DNA of 64,000 nucleotides from an uncultured Bacilli bacterium (GCA_944329445.1 CALVIH010000001.1:30900-94899); one strand, 5' to 3'; shown: positions 9,901 to 20,340, numbered from the stretch's first letter. Numbers and translations are program-made. Notes: generated from the letters alone by a model not told the origin.

Positions 9901-10653
9901 ATGCTTATAGATACTCATTGTCATTTATTATCAAGCGAGTATGATGATGTTGATAAAGAAATAAAAGAAGCCTTAAAAGGCGGAGTTGATAAAATAATTA
10001 TTAATGGTTTTGATGTTGCTAGCAGTAATGAAGCGGTTGCACTTTCAAAACGATATCCAGAAGTTTATGCCGCGGTGGGCATAGGTCCAGAAAATGTAAA
10101 TGCCACATCTGATGATGATATAAAAAAAATAAAAGAGTTGGCCAGTAATGAGAAAGTAGTAGCAATTGGAGAAATCGGGCTGGATTATTACTGGACTAAG
10201 GAAAACAAAGAAAAGCAAAATAGTGTTTTTAAAGATATGTTAAGAATTGCAAAAGAAATGAATTTGCCCGTTATCGTGCATAGTAGACAGGCGATTCAAG
10301 ATACATATGATTTATTAACTGAATATAATGTAACAGGAATACTTCATTGTTACTCAGGAAGCGTAGAAATGGCAAAAGAATTTATAAAAAAAGGTTTTTT
10401 AATAGGAGTTGGTGGTGTAGTAACCTTTAAGAATGCAAAAACATTAAAAAACGTGGTAAAAGAAACATCACTAGATGATATTTCATTAGAAACAGATAGT
10501 CCTTATCTTTCTCCTGAACCTTTTAGAGGTAAAACTAATAATCCATCAAAATTACGTTATATAATAAAGGAAATAGCCTTATTAAAAGGTGTAAGTGAAA
10601 AAGAAGTAACCGATCGAACATCTTTAGCAGTTACCTCTAAATTTGACTTGTAA
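9901..10653 (+). CDS. tatD: TatD-family metal-dependent DNase/hydrolase
   Basis: MLIDTHCHL start, GEIGLDYYW, VIVHSR, and ETDSPYL. Confidence 0.9.
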   Translation: MLIDTHCHLLSSEYDDVDKEIKEALKGGVDKIIINGFDVASSNEAVALSKRYPEVYAAVGIGPENVNATSDDDIKKIKELASNEKVVAIGEIGLDYYWTKENKEKQNSVFKDMLRIAKEMNLPVIVHSRQAIQDTYDLLTEYNVTGILHCYSGSVEMAKEFIKKGFLIGVGGVVTFKNAKTLKNVVKETSLDDISLETDSPYLSPEPFRGKTNNPSKLRYIIKEIALLKGVSEKEVTDRTSLAVTSKFDL

Positions 10654-10708
10654 TAGTAATTATGATATTATTAGATACGAACCCAAGTTATGGGTGTGAG
10701 GTGAAAAA

Positions 10709-11317
10709 GTGAAACATTTTAATAGAAAAATTAAAGGTGCTTTACTAATATTAGTTATATGTTTAGTAGCATTTATTGGTTTTTCAAAGGCTGGAATACT
10801 ATTTTCAGATAGTGGGAAAGACGTTATAACGGTTTCGACTAAAAAGAAAACCTTTGATCCTAATCAGTACGTAGCGTCGGTCGCTAAGGTAACTCAAAAG
10901 CAAGAAGAGGTAACTACTACTCAAGAAGCGACAACTACGACAACTACGACAACTCAAACGACTACAACCCAAAAACAGGTTCAGTCGGTTCCGGTAAGTA
11001 GTTGGACTGGTGAGGTGCTTACCAAAAGTAAGGGTGTAGTTAATGGTCCTTCCGGAAAGGAATCATATTATAACTTAAACATGACTAGTGTAATAAATGC
11101 CATGAGACGTTTGGGATACTCGGAAGCGGAATATCCTTATTGGATTCGTGAAGATGGTGTTAAAATGCTAGGTGGTTACGTTATAGTAGCTGCAAACTAT
11201 GAAATACGTCCTAGGGGAACAATAATAGAAAGTTCTTTAGGATATGCAATCGTTTGTGATACGGGTAGTTTTGCGAAAAGAAATCCAACGCAAATAGATA
11301 TCGCGGTCAATTGGTGA
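10709..11317 (+). CDS. 3D-domain (MltA/RlpA-like barrel) secreted protein, short YabE-like
   Basis: N-terminal TM/signal anchor, Thr-rich linker, and C-terminal GYAIVCDTGSF...QIDIAVNW resembling the 3D domain. Occupies the yabE slot between tatD and rsmA. Confidence 0.6.
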   Translation: MKHFNRKIKGALLILVICLVAFIGFSKAGILFSDSGKDVITVSTKKKTFDPNQYVASVAKVTQKQEEVTTTQEATTTTTTTTQTTTTQKQVQSVPVSSWTGEVLTKSKGVVNGPSGKESYYNLNMTSVINAMRRLGYSEAEYPYWIREDGVKMLGGYVIVAANYEIRPRGTIIESSLGYAIVCDTGSFAKRNPTQIDIAVNW

Positions 11318-11340
11318 TAATTTAAATAATATGATAAAAT

Positions 11341-11373
11341 AAAAACAAATAAAATTATTTTATTTGTTTTTTT
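11341..11373 (+). terminator. rho-independent terminator
   Basis: Stem acaaataaaa (11345-11354) / ttttatttgt (11358-11367), followed by a T-run. Confidence 0.7.
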
Positions 11374-11388
11374 GTGTAAGGTGATGTT

Positions 11389-12204
11389 ATGAACGTAAAG
11401 GAAATATTAAAAGAAAATAAGTTTGTTTTTAAAAAAAAGTTTGGACAAAACTTTTTACTTGACCAAAACATATTAAATAACATTGTAGGGGTAGGTAATA
11501 TAACAAAAGATACACTTGTTATAGAAGTAGGTGTTGGAGCGGGTGCTTTAACTAAAAAATTAAGCGAAAAAGCGAAGACTGTATTAGGGTACGAAGTAGA
11601 TTTGGCCTTAAAAGAATCATTAAATGAGATATTAAAAAATTACAAAAATATTAATATAATTTATGATGATTTTTTAAATCGTAATATAAAAGAAGATATA
11701 AGTAAATATCAATATAAGAACATCATGGTGGTAGCAAATCTTCCTTATTATATAACAACACCAATAATAACAAAGTTTATTGAGGAACAAATAAACGTAG
11801 AAAAAATAATCGTAATGGTACAAAATGAGGTTGCGGATCGTTTTTCCGCCAAACCAGGAACGAAAGCATATAATTCATTAACAATTTTTCTTAATTATTA
11901 TTTTGATATAAAAAAGGAATTTACCGTTTCAAGGAACGTTTTTTATCCAAAACCAAACGTAGATTCGGCGGTTGTTTCGTTCACGAGAAAAGAAAAAAGG
12001 CTAGAAGTAAAAAACGAGGATTTGTTTTTTAAACTTGTAAGGGATGCGTTTACTCAAAAAAGGAAGACTTTAAAAAACAACCTAAAAGGATATGATTTAG
12101 ATAAGATAAATGATACTTTAAAATCATTTGAAAAGGATATAAATTTTAGGGCAGAAAATATAACCATTGACGAATTTGTTGAAATTTCAAATAAATTAAG
12201 CTAA
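11389..12204 (+). CDS. rsmA: 16S rRNA (adenine1518/1519-N6)-dimethyltransferase
   Basis: KKFGQNFL start motif, EVGVGAGALT SAM site, and ANLPYYITTPI. Confidence 0.95.
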   Translation: MNVKEILKENKFVFKKKFGQNFLLDQNILNNIVGVGNITKDTLVIEVGVGAGALTKKLSEKAKTVLGYEVDLALKESLNEILKNYKNINIIYDDFLNRNIKEDISKYQYKNIMVVANLPYYITTPIITKFIEEQINVEKIIVMVQNEVADRFSAKPGTKAYNSLTIFLNYYFDIKKEFTVSRNVFYPKPNVDSAVVSFTRKEKRLEVKNEDLFFKLVRDAFTQKRKTLKNNLKGYDLDKINDTLKSFEKDINFRAENITIDEFVEISNKLS

Positions 12205-12227
12205 ACAAGAATGTTTAGTTTTTTTTT
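12201..12227 (+). terminator. rho-independent terminator overlapping the rsmA stop
   Basis: ctaaaca-agaa-tgtttag followed by T9. Confidence 0.7.
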
Positions 12228-12252
12228 GCATATATTTTTTTAGGTGATGATA

Positions 12253-12999
12253 ATGTTTAAAGTAGGGGATTTAGTAACCAGGATTTCTCATGAAAATGAT
12301 GTTGTATTTAAAATTGATAAAATAATCGACAACATCGCTTATTTAAAGGGTGTAAACGTACGGTTATGCGCTGATAGTGACATAAGTGATTTGGTTTTAG
12401 TAACATCGAAAGATGACAACGAAGATAGGGATTTTTATGAAAAACTAGAAAAAATAAGAAACTTTGAAAGAAGTGATTATTTTTATATTCCTGGCAAAAT
12501 TCTTCACGTTGATGGTGATCGGGAATATTTAAACAGGTGTTTAGAATTTTACAAGAAAGCAAACGTTTTAGCGTTTGGCGTTTATTCCGAGGAAAAACAA
12601 ATGGCCAGCAACATAGAAAAATACTTAGAAGACATAAACCCAGACATAGTTGTTATAACTGGACATGATTCTTTGGTTAAACAAAACTCAAAATATTTTG
12701 CGGATGCGGTAAAGGTTTGCAGAAAGTATCAAAAGGATTATGATAAGTTAATTATAATCGCAGGAGCATGTCAATCTGAGTATGATCGCTTAATTAAGGC
12801 CGGAGCTAATTTTGCATCAAGTCCTAAGAAAATAAACATTCATGCCTTAGATCCTGCAATAATAGCCCTATCACTTAGTTTGTGCGATAAAAATAAAGAA
12901 ATAAACTTAATTGATCTTTTGGATAAAACAAGTAACGGAAAAGACGGAATGGGAGGAGTAAATACACGGGGTGTAATGACAACAGGCTATCCAAGATAA
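12253..12999 (+). CDS. yabG: sporulation-specific peptidase YabG
   Basis: ATG at 12253 lies 6 nt after aggtga. ILHVDGDREYL, PDIVVITGHD and ACQSEY are typical of YabG. rsmA-yabG-veg synteny. Confidence 0.85.
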   Translation: MFKVGDLVTRISHENDVVFKIDKIIDNIAYLKGVNVRLCADSDISDLVLVTSKDDNEDRDFYEKLEKIRNFERSDYFYIPGKILHVDGDREYLNRCLEFYKKANVLAFGVYSEEKQMASNIEKYLEDINPDIVVITGHDSLVKQNSKYFADAVKVCRKYQKDYDKLIIIAGACQSEYDRLIKAGANFASSPKKINIHALDPAIIALSLSLCDKNKEINLIDLLDKTSNGKDGMGGVNTRGVMTTGYPR

Positions 13000-13010
13000 G
13001 GAGATGAGAA

Positions 13011-13217
13011 ATGTTATCTGAAATAAAAAAGAAAGTTGAAAACTTAAAAGGAAAAAGAATTAAGATATGGATTGATGTAGGAAGAAATAAAAGTGAGACT
13101 TATGAAGGGTACGTTTTAAATACGTATAAAAACATTTGGACTTTTAAAACGGATACTGACGTAAAGAGTTTTGGTTATTCTGACATATTAATAAATAGTG
13201 TTGTAATAAGTTCATGA
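13011..13217 (+). CDS. veg: Veg protein (biofilm formation stimulator)
   Basis: 68 aa. IKKKVENLKGKRIKIWIDVGRNK..YEGYVLNTYKNIWTF matches the Veg family. Follows yabG. Confidence 0.9.
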   Translation: MLSEIKKKVENLKGKRIKIWIDVGRNKSETYEGYVLNTYKNIWTFKTDTDVKSFGYSDILINSVVISS

Positions 13218-13233
13218 TATATGAACTTTTTTT
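13209..13233 (+). terminator. rho-independent terminator after veg
   Basis: agttcat-gatat-atgaact followed by T7. Confidence 0.75.
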
Positions 13234-13306
13234 ATTGCATTTGTTGATTTTTCTCTTAGTTTATGGTTAAATTAAAATGTATATACTAGAATGGAGGAAT
13301 TCTATC

Positions 13307-16300
13307 ATGAAGAAGACGGCAGGAAAAATTAAGGATTGGCTTACAATAACCAAAATACGTATTTTAAATTTCATTAAAGAACATAAATATATTTCTGCCG
13401 CAATAGGCATATTTTTAATGTCTGCTGTTGTTGCTTTGATAGTTAGGGCTGCAACTGATGAAACAATTAGTAATGCTACGGCTAGAGTGGATAATTTAAC
13501 AGTTTCAACAGAGGGAGAACAAACTGATATTGCGCCTAACTTTACAAAAGTAACTTATACGTTACATTTTACTTTAGAAGATCAAAGTGGGTGTACTACG
13601 CAAGGTACCGTTTATCAATCCGATGAGGTAAAAATAATTGCTACGTTACCTGATGGAATAAATACTAATGATGTTAAATGGTTAGGTGCTGATGAAAACG
13701 CAGCATCAGAAATATCGGAAGATGGTAAAACTCTTACGGTTACTATATCCCCAGTTAACGTTTGTTCTGGACAAAGTCAGTTGTTTACTTTATCTGTTTT
13801 AAACGCGAATAAAGATACTAACATAAAACCAAATATTACAATTCAAGGTGGTAGTAATTCATCACCAGTATCCGTAAATGATGTTCAAAGTGTTACAACA
13901 ACATATGATAATGAATATTCTTTAACTCCAATGATAAAACCAGGTGTTGCAAAAAAGATTTCTGATGATGGGGATAGAGACGCGTTATTTGGAATAATAC
14001 TTGGTGTTCAAATTGATTCTGATGAAGAAACAGTTTCATTAAAAGGAGCTCATTTAAGCACGTCGGCTGATCTTACTTTAATTGCTACGCAAGGTTCTAA
14101 TAACGAATCAATAACTTTATACACGGCTAACACCGAGAAGTTCAATGGAGACCATGATGGTAACTATTATGGTATAAACGCTTCTTCAAGGCACTTTTTT
14201 ACACCTGATAACATGCCTGATTTAACTTCTACGTCTGGTAAAATTAATGGGTTAACTTTAATTGCGGCTTCAGATGCAAAAGAAGGTGTTGTAAATGATA
14301 CCTACACAGCCCCACAGGTTACTTTAACAGGAGATAACAACGTAGAGATAGAAAAATATCCTGATGGTACGGATGAGTCATATAGAACCTCGATTTTAAA
14401 GGGTACTTTATCAGATGCAAGAATAAGTTTATCGGGTGGTACAACGGTAAACTCTAGTGACCAGTTATACGGTAATGATGGCGAAGTAATAGACGATATC
14501 GCCTTAAATGAAAAAGGAAATTATGAAGTAAGGTATGAGGTTACGGGGGATAATAATTCAAAAACAACAATGATAAGAAAGATTAGTATTGTTGATCCTC
14601 AAAACAGTAGTTACTCATTGGAAGGTGCTAAAAAAATATATGTTGAAACCAATACTTCGGTATCCAACTTTAAAGAATTAGGGCTTTATAACATTGCCGA
14701 ATCCAGGTTGGCTACCAAAGATACCGAATATACAATAAGATATTTAAATGGTGATGAAGAGGTAAATGAAGAAGACATGTTAAAAACCGCTGGAACATAT
14801 ACGCAAGAATATGTTATAACCGATTCGTCTGAGACAGTAAGAAGAACGATTGAAGTTGTTGATAATCTACCATCGATAACATCAGAAAAGATTTCAGTAA
14901 AAACAGGAAATGTTTATAGTGGGGAAAACTTTAACGATCACAAAGTAATTATTGGAGAAACAGAAACCGAATGTAATAATAGGTGTACGTTCTCACAAAA
15001 TGACAATAATACATTTACATATACAATTAACAAAAAAGATGATTCAAATTATATTACTGAAATTGTAAGGCCAATTAACACGGTTCCAAAACAATATAAG
15101 TTTTCAATTTCAGGAATTATCCCTGATTTTACGGCTACGCGAATTGATAATGATTTTTATGCAATAGGAGCGTATTATGTTACCGCCAAGTCAACTAGAA
15201 CTAGTTCGTCAGATGAATTTTTTAACATTAATTTATTAGCTATATTAGATGGTAAAACATCATCGGCTCAAGTAGAAAGCAAAGAATATTCTAATGGTTA
15301 TGATTCTAGTTCACTTATAAGCAATATGTACGTTAACGAGAACTCTGAGATGGTATTAGTAGATAGTTCTGAGAAAAATGGGTTATATGGTAATTATTAT
15401 ACAGCCTCAATGGGAGAAGAAGTAACTTTAATGTCAAGTTTTGAATATGGTTATGATGCCGACGAGAATATATCAGAACTAAACATAAATATTCCGGTGG
15501 ATGATAACTTAATACCAATATCATATTCTACTGAAGTATCAGAAAATTCATATTTTTATATAAAAGCCACATATAACGATTCAGTGATAGATAGTTTACC
15601 GGATTTTAATATTCAATATTGCAAAGATTCTAGTAATGATAATTGCATTTCACCAGAAGAATTTAATCGTGATGAGGATACAATAAAATATATTAAAATA
15701 TCAATAAGGCCAAACGAAGACCAAAGCTTTGTTATAAGGCCAGGAACATTAATCGAAATAGGAACTAAATTTGAAGTGAAAACTTATTCTGCAACATCGG
15801 ATGTAGCTAGTAACTTAAATAATTTAAAATTTAATGAAACAGCAACTTTTTCGTGGGAAAACAATGATGAAACGTTAACAAAGGAATCATCAACTCCTGA
15901 TGTTTATATTACACCATATAAATCAAGGGCAACGGTAAATATTGGAAGTGGAAACGATTATAGTTCATCAGATTTAATAATACTAGATGCATCAAAAAAT
16001 GATAATTATACAGTATTTACAACGCTTGATGTAACGTCGCCTGCCATGAACATAAATTCAAATATTTTTGGTTATAACAGATTAGAAAACTTTACGGTAA
16101 GGTTTGAACTACCAAAGGGTATTAACTATGTTTATAATAACAACTATGAAACAACTCCTAATATTACATACAATAATGATAATACCATTCTAACTTATAC
16201 CTACACAGCAATTGAACCTAATAGTTGGATTGAGCCTATCTATTTTGACTTTAACGTGGATGTAGCGTCAATTACTGGTGATTTTCAAATTAGGGTTTCC

Positions 16301-17821
16301 TCAGGAGACATAAATGGTACTGATTATTCTATCAATAATGACGTTTCAAGTATTGATAAATATAAAACAGAGACGAAAAACATAAGAATAGAAAACACCG
16401 AGCCGGTTTCTTATGGACAATATATATATTCGAATGATATATATATATCTAATATAAACAAAGATGATTCATTTGATTTTTCAACAAAATTATATAATAA
16501 TGAAATACCATCAGGTAATACGGTAACTGATGTTGATGTGTACACGGTATTACCATACGTAGATGAAGTTAATGGTTCATCATTTAACGGAACCATACAA
16601 TTAGGTGAATTGCCTTCGAATACGATGTGTACTACATCTGACCCAAGTATGGTAACTTCAGAAAATTTAAAAGATAACGTTCAGTGGCAACCATGTGAAG
16701 ACTTTAGAACATCAGACGGAAAATATACTGGCCTTACCGCGTTTAAGGTACATTATGATAGCTTGGCTCCAAAAACGTCTGCTGTTAGTACTATTAAAGT
16801 TTATACTACAGGCAATGAACCAGATGATGTTTATACGTTTAAATCTTATTTGGAATATACAAATGCCAATGGTACTAACTCTGGTTATAAAAACTTTAAA
16901 GATATTAAGCTTGATGTTATAAGTAAACAGATAACTGGTGTTGTATGGGAAGATTTTAACGTCGATGGTATCATGGATGAAAATGAAAAAAAGATTGATA
17001 GCGTAACTTTAAATTTGTATGATTCAGACGATAACCTAGTGAATTCTACCACCCCAGATAAAGATGGTCAATATAAGTTTACTGGTTTAGATGAAGGTAG
17101 TTATTATATAGTTGCAGATTTTAATACAGAAAAATATGGAGCAACAGGAATGCCTTCTGAAGACTTCTATGATAAATCAAGATTATCAGCGTTTAAAGAA
17201 GTTCCTGTTGAAGACGTTGATTCCTCTTTAACAGGTGATGATGAAGACGAAAGCGAGAATGAAGGTGAGGATTCAGATTCACAAGAAGAACCTGAGGTTA
17301 TGAGCATTGTAAAAACAGATCCTATAATAGTAAATTCTGAGACAAGAATAATAAGAAATATTAACCTTGGTTTATCTTTAAGAAAAGTGTTTGAATTAAA
17401 AGTAAACAAATACATTACTAGAGCTGAAGTTACCAATGCATTAGGCGTTGTAACCACTAAAGAGTATGGTAATGTAAAACTTGCTAAATTAGATGTTAAA
17501 GACATTAATAATTTAAGTATAAAGGTAGTTTATACAATAGAAGTAGAAAACGTTAAGTATTATCCAGGCTACGCAACTTTGATAACAGAATTAGTACCTG
17601 ACGGAATGAGTTTTAACCCAGAATATTCAGAGAACCAAGGTTGGGAATTACAAGAAGATGGTACCTTAACCAACAGAACATTAGCTGATGAAATAATAAA
17701 CGAAGGCGAAAAAAAATATTTAACGGTAGCTTTTGATATTACAAGAAAAGAAGCTGGATCTTTCGTTAACTTTGTTTCCGTAGATGATTTAGAGATATTA
17801 GGAGGTACCGAAAATGAATAG
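13307..17821 (+). CDS. very large cell-surface protein, N-terminal membrane anchor, C-terminal Cna-B/SdrD-B-like and DUF11-like domains
   Basis: ATG at 13307 follows ggagg. Has a TM helix ISAAIGIFLMSAVVALIV and about 1,250 aa of T/S/N-rich beta-type sequence, then VWEDFNVDGIMDENE...DKDGQYKFTGLDEGSYYIV (Cna-B type), an acidic linker, and LVPDGMSF (DUF11-like). No LPXTG motif. Confidence 0.7.
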   Translation: MKKTAGKIKDWLTITKIRILNFIKEHKYISAAIGIFLMSAVVALIVRAATDETISNATARVDNLTVSTEGEQTDIAPNFTKVTYTLHFTLEDQSGCTTQGTVYQSDEVKIIATLPDGINTNDVKWLGADENAASEISEDGKTLTVTISPVNVCSGQSQLFTLSVLNANKDTNIKPNITIQGGSNSSPVSVNDVQSVTTTYDNEYSLTPMIKPGVAKKISDDGDRDALFGIILGVQIDSDEETVSLKGAHLSTSADLTLIATQGSNNESITLYTANTEKFNGDHDGNYYGINASSRHFFTPDNMPDLTSTSGKINGLTLIAASDAKEGVVNDTYTAPQVTLTGDNNVEIEKYPDGTDESYRTSILKGTLSDARISLSGGTTVNSSDQLYGNDGEVIDDIALNEKGNYEVRYEVTGDNNSKTTMIRKISIVDPQNSSYSLEGAKKIYVETNTSVSNFKELGLYNIAESRLATKDTEYTIRYLNGDEEVNEEDMLKTAGTYTQEYVITDSSETVRRTIEVVDNLPSITSEKISVKTGNVYSGENFNDHKVIIGETETECNNRCTFSQNDNNTFTYTINKKDDSNYITEIVRPINTVPKQYKFSISGIIPDFTATRIDNDFYAIGAYYVTAKSTRTSSSDEFFNINLLAILDGKTSSAQVESKEYSNGYDSSSLISNMYVNENSEMVLVDSSEKNGLYGNYYTASMGEEVTLMSSFEYGYDADENISELNINIPVDDNLIPISYSTEVSENSYFYIKATYNDSVIDSLPDFNIQYCKDSSNDNCISPEEFNRDEDTIKYIKISIRPNEDQSFVIRPGTLIEIGTKFEVKTYSATSDVASNLNNLKFNETATFSWENNDETLTKESSTPDVYITPYKSRATVNIGSGNDYSSSDLIILDASKNDNYTVFTTLDVTSPAMNINSNIFGYNRLENFTVRFELPKGINYVYNNNYETTPNITYNNDNTILTYTYTAIEPNSWIEPIYFDFNVDVASITGDFQIRVSSGDINGTDYSINNDVSSIDKYKTETKNIRIENTEPVSYGQYIYSNDIYISNINKDDSFDFSTKLYNNEIPSGNTVTDVDVYTVLPYVDEVNGSSFNGTIQLGELPSNTMCTTSDPSMVTSENLKDNVQWQPCEDFRTSDGKYTGLTAFKVHYDSLAPKTSAVSTIKVYTTGNEPDDVYTFKSYLEYTNANGTNSGYKNFKDIKLDVISKQITGVVWEDFNVDGIMDENEKKIDSVTLNLYDSDDNLVNSTTPDKDGQYKFTGLDEGSYYIVADFNTEKYGATGMPSEDFYDKSRLSAFKEVPVEDVDSSLTGDDEDESENEGEDSDSQEEPEVMSIVKTDPIIVNSETRIIRNINLGLSLRKVFELKVNKYITRAEVTNALGVVTTKEYGNVKLAKLDVKDINNLSIKVVYTIEVENVKYYPGYATLITELVPDGMSFNPEYSENQGWELQEDGTLTNRTLADEIINEGEKKYLTVAFDITRKEAGSFVNFVSVDDLEILGGTENE

Positions 17822-20009
17822 TAAAATAAGAAATATAGTATTATTACTCTTAATTAGTGTTTTTGCTTTTCCTTTATCTACTAAGGCAATTAAAGTTACA
17901 AATAAAACGTTATGGTCAGATTTAGGATATAGTAATGCAACCTATTCAACTAAAGACTATGGTGAAAGAGAAGCAAGATACATTGGAAGATGGCGTTCTA
18001 ATGAAACTAGTTCACCGAACGTGTTTTGCGTTGAACCAGGTGCGTCTTTTACATCGAACTCTACCGTAAGTGGTTATAGTACATCAACTTCCGCTCCTAG
18101 TGGAAAGTGGCATGATGGGATAACACGTTCGGAAGAAGATCTAGAAAAAGTTTTATCTTGTTGGAGTAACAATAATGCTAATACAGTTGCAACGCAAGGC
18201 ATTGTCTGGGAATTAATCTCAGGAGAAAGAGACGAGATAAACGAAAATGAAATTTTAAAAGGTGATTATAGACCTTACATGTCAAATGGCAATGTTTATG
18301 GAAATCAATCAGGTGTTACAAGTTTCTATGAATTAATTGATAGCGGTCATAGTTCTGTATTTAATCAATACAAAATGGTCTTAAGGTGTGCGGCGAGGTT
18401 TAATGTTACTCCTTCTTTTGCTTATGAAAGTGATTCTACTGCTAAAAGCAAAGCTCAACTTTTAACTAGTTATGATGATAATACTCAAACTTTTTCAAAA
18501 ACTTTTAAACATAGCTCTAGTTTATCTAGTGACTTATTAAAGTATTATGAGGTATCTTCTTCAAGTAGTGATGTTAAGGTTACGAAAAATAATACGGGTA
18601 TAACGGTTTCTACAAGTAAAGAATTGGTAGATAAGTCAGACGCTATTAGAATTACTCTTACTTATACTTATAAGGATAACGTAAATGATAAATATGAGTT
18701 AAATAATTTTGGTCCTTTAAAATATTATATTAACAGTAATTCAGCAAAGCAGTCATTGGTAAGAGGCTCTACTACTAAAACAGTTTATTTATATGTTTAC
18801 ACTGGTAAAAAGCCAACATATCAATTAAGAGTTCAGAAAAAAGACGAGGACGGAAATGCCATGAGTGGTGTTAAGTTTAACGTTTATAGTGATGCTAACT
18901 TAAATACGAAGGTTGGAACAACAACAGCTACTGATTCAAGTGGTTGGGCATATCTAACCGGAATTAAAAAAGTTGGTAAGTATTATATTCAAGAGGCAGA
19001 CACACCAGATGGTTACAAAACCAATAAAAAAGTAGTAAACGTTACCGTTAGTGGTGGAAACAGAACGGGATCAAATAGTTATGCTACGGCATCTCAAGTT
19101 TTCGTTAATGAGTTTATGCATTTAAATCTATCGAAAAAAACCATAGATGATACTGGTAAAGAAATAAGCATACCTGATTACACAGGAAATAGTTGTACAG
19201 GAACTTATACGGGACCGGTCTTCACCTTAAAGAAGGATAACAAAGATATATGCGTACAACAAATATCGGCCGGTAAATATAGGGTTGCTTCTTGTAGTGC
19301 TTCAGGTGCTACCGATGAGATAAGAACTTGTGATGGTAAGTTTGACATAGAAAAAATAGAATCTGGTTGTTATGATATAACAGAAATAACAGCGCCAGAT
19401 GGTTATACGTTGCCATCTAAACCAACCCAACAAGTATGTGTTACCAAGGGCCAAAGTGCTACTGCAACCGTAATGTATAATGGTGTAACGGGAGTTATCT
19501 TTAATAAAATAACAGAAAATGGAAACCCAATAGATGGTGGTAAGTTTGCACTTCAGCAAAAAGTAAATGGTGTTTATCGTGATATGTTGTTAAAGCATGA
19601 TAAAGGAGCCATATACGTTTACGAAGAGGATCTAAAAGAAGAAGATGGAACTTATCTTTTAGAAACGTCAAACGGCACGATAAACGTTAAGAATTTACCA
19701 CCAGGAGAATATCGTTTTGTTGAAAAGGAAGCTCCTGAAGGCTACGATGCAATTCAAGATAAAGATTCTAACGCAACGTTTACTATAAGTGATAAAGGAA
19801 TCTTTGGTAGCGATGGTAAACCAGCAACTGATTATTACCAAGTAAAGTTAGTAAACCAACAAACAAGAGTTGAGGGTAGTTATGATTCTGCTGAGTTAAT
19901 CGTAACAATAATAACTGGTAGAAAAGTAGCTAATTATACGCTTATAATAGCAGGACTTGCGGTAATACTTACGGTGCTAATAATTCTTAGAAAGAAATTT
20001 AAAAAATAG
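17814..20009 (+). CDS. surface adhesin-like protein: signal peptide, thioester-like (TQXA-type) N-domain, three SpaA/Cna-B prealbumin-fold domains, C-terminal TM anchor
   Basis: Overlaps the upstream gene by 8 nt. Signal peptide IVLLLLISVFAFPLSTKA, FCVEPG and ATQGIVWE motifs, and three repeats of the pattern G..F.L/V......G.Y.I.E..AP.GY. C-terminal ANYTLIIAGLAVILTVLIILRKKFKK has no LPXTG. Confidence 0.7.
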   Translation: MNSKIRNIVLLLLISVFAFPLSTKAIKVTNKTLWSDLGYSNATYSTKDYGEREARYIGRWRSNETSSPNVFCVEPGASFTSNSTVSGYSTSTSAPSGKWHDGITRSEEDLEKVLSCWSNNNANTVATQGIVWELISGERDEINENEILKGDYRPYMSNGNVYGNQSGVTSFYELIDSGHSSVFNQYKMVLRCAARFNVTPSFAYESDSTAKSKAQLLTSYDDNTQTFSKTFKHSSSLSSDLLKYYEVSSSSSDVKVTKNNTGITVSTSKELVDKSDAIRITLTYTYKDNVNDKYELNNFGPLKYYINSNSAKQSLVRGSTTKTVYLYVYTGKKPTYQLRVQKKDEDGNAMSGVKFNVYSDANLNTKVGTTTATDSSGWAYLTGIKKVGKYYIQEADTPDGYKTNKKVVNVTVSGGNRTGSNSYATASQVFVNEFMHLNLSKKTIDDTGKEISIPDYTGNSCTGTYTGPVFTLKKDNKDICVQQISAGKYRVASCSASGATDEIRTCDGKFDIEKIESGCYDITEITAPDGYTLPSKPTQQVCVTKGQSATATVMYNGVTGVIFNKITENGNPIDGGKFALQQKVNGVYRDMLLKHDKGAIYVYEEDLKEEDGTYLLETSNGTINVKNLPPGEYRFVEKEAPEGYDAIQDKDSNATFTISDKGIFGSDGKPATDYYQVKLVNQQTRVEGSYDSAELIVTIITGRKVANYTLIIAGLAVILTVLIILRKKFKK

Positions 20010-20029
20010 CAATTAATTTGCTATTTTTC
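20004..20029 (+). terminator. rho-independent terminator after the adhesin pair
   Basis: aaatagc (20004-20010) / gctattt (20020-20026), followed by a T-run. Confidence 0.65.
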
Positions 20030-20082
20030 TTATTATTATGGTAAAATTATATTATATAAAGTTCGAAGAGGAGTGATAAAAG

Positions 20083-20340
20083 GTGGAAGTAACAAACGTA
20101 ACGGTTCAAAAAGAAGAAAAACAAGGTTCTAGGGTAAAAGGATACGCCGTAATAGAGTTGGACGGACAATTAAAAATAAATGGTATTCGTATTATTGAAG
20201 GAAACGAAAGAATATTCGCGGCCATGCCAAACAGAAAAGTATCTAACGAAAAGTACATTGATTATGTATACCCAATAAATAAGGAATTAAGACAAAAAAT
20301 TGAAACTGCAATATTAGAAGAATATAACAAGGAATCTTAG
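20083..20340 (+). CDS. spoVG: septation/sporulation protein SpoVG
   Basis: GTG start. MEVTNVTV...GYAVIELDGQLKINGIRIIEGNERIFAAMPNRK parallels B. subtilis SpoVG. Confidence 0.9.
   Translation: MEVTNVTVQKEEKQGSRVKGYAVIELDGQLKINGIRIIEGNERIFAAMPNRKVSNEKYIDYVYPINKELRQKIETAILEEYNKES

Noticed and set aside
10911-10975. Tandem aca/act/acg repeats (TTTQEATTTTTTTTQTTTTQ) in the 3D-domain protein.
   Set aside because: A simple Thr-rich linker in a secreted protein. There is no higher-order repeat unit or evidence of a regulatory role.
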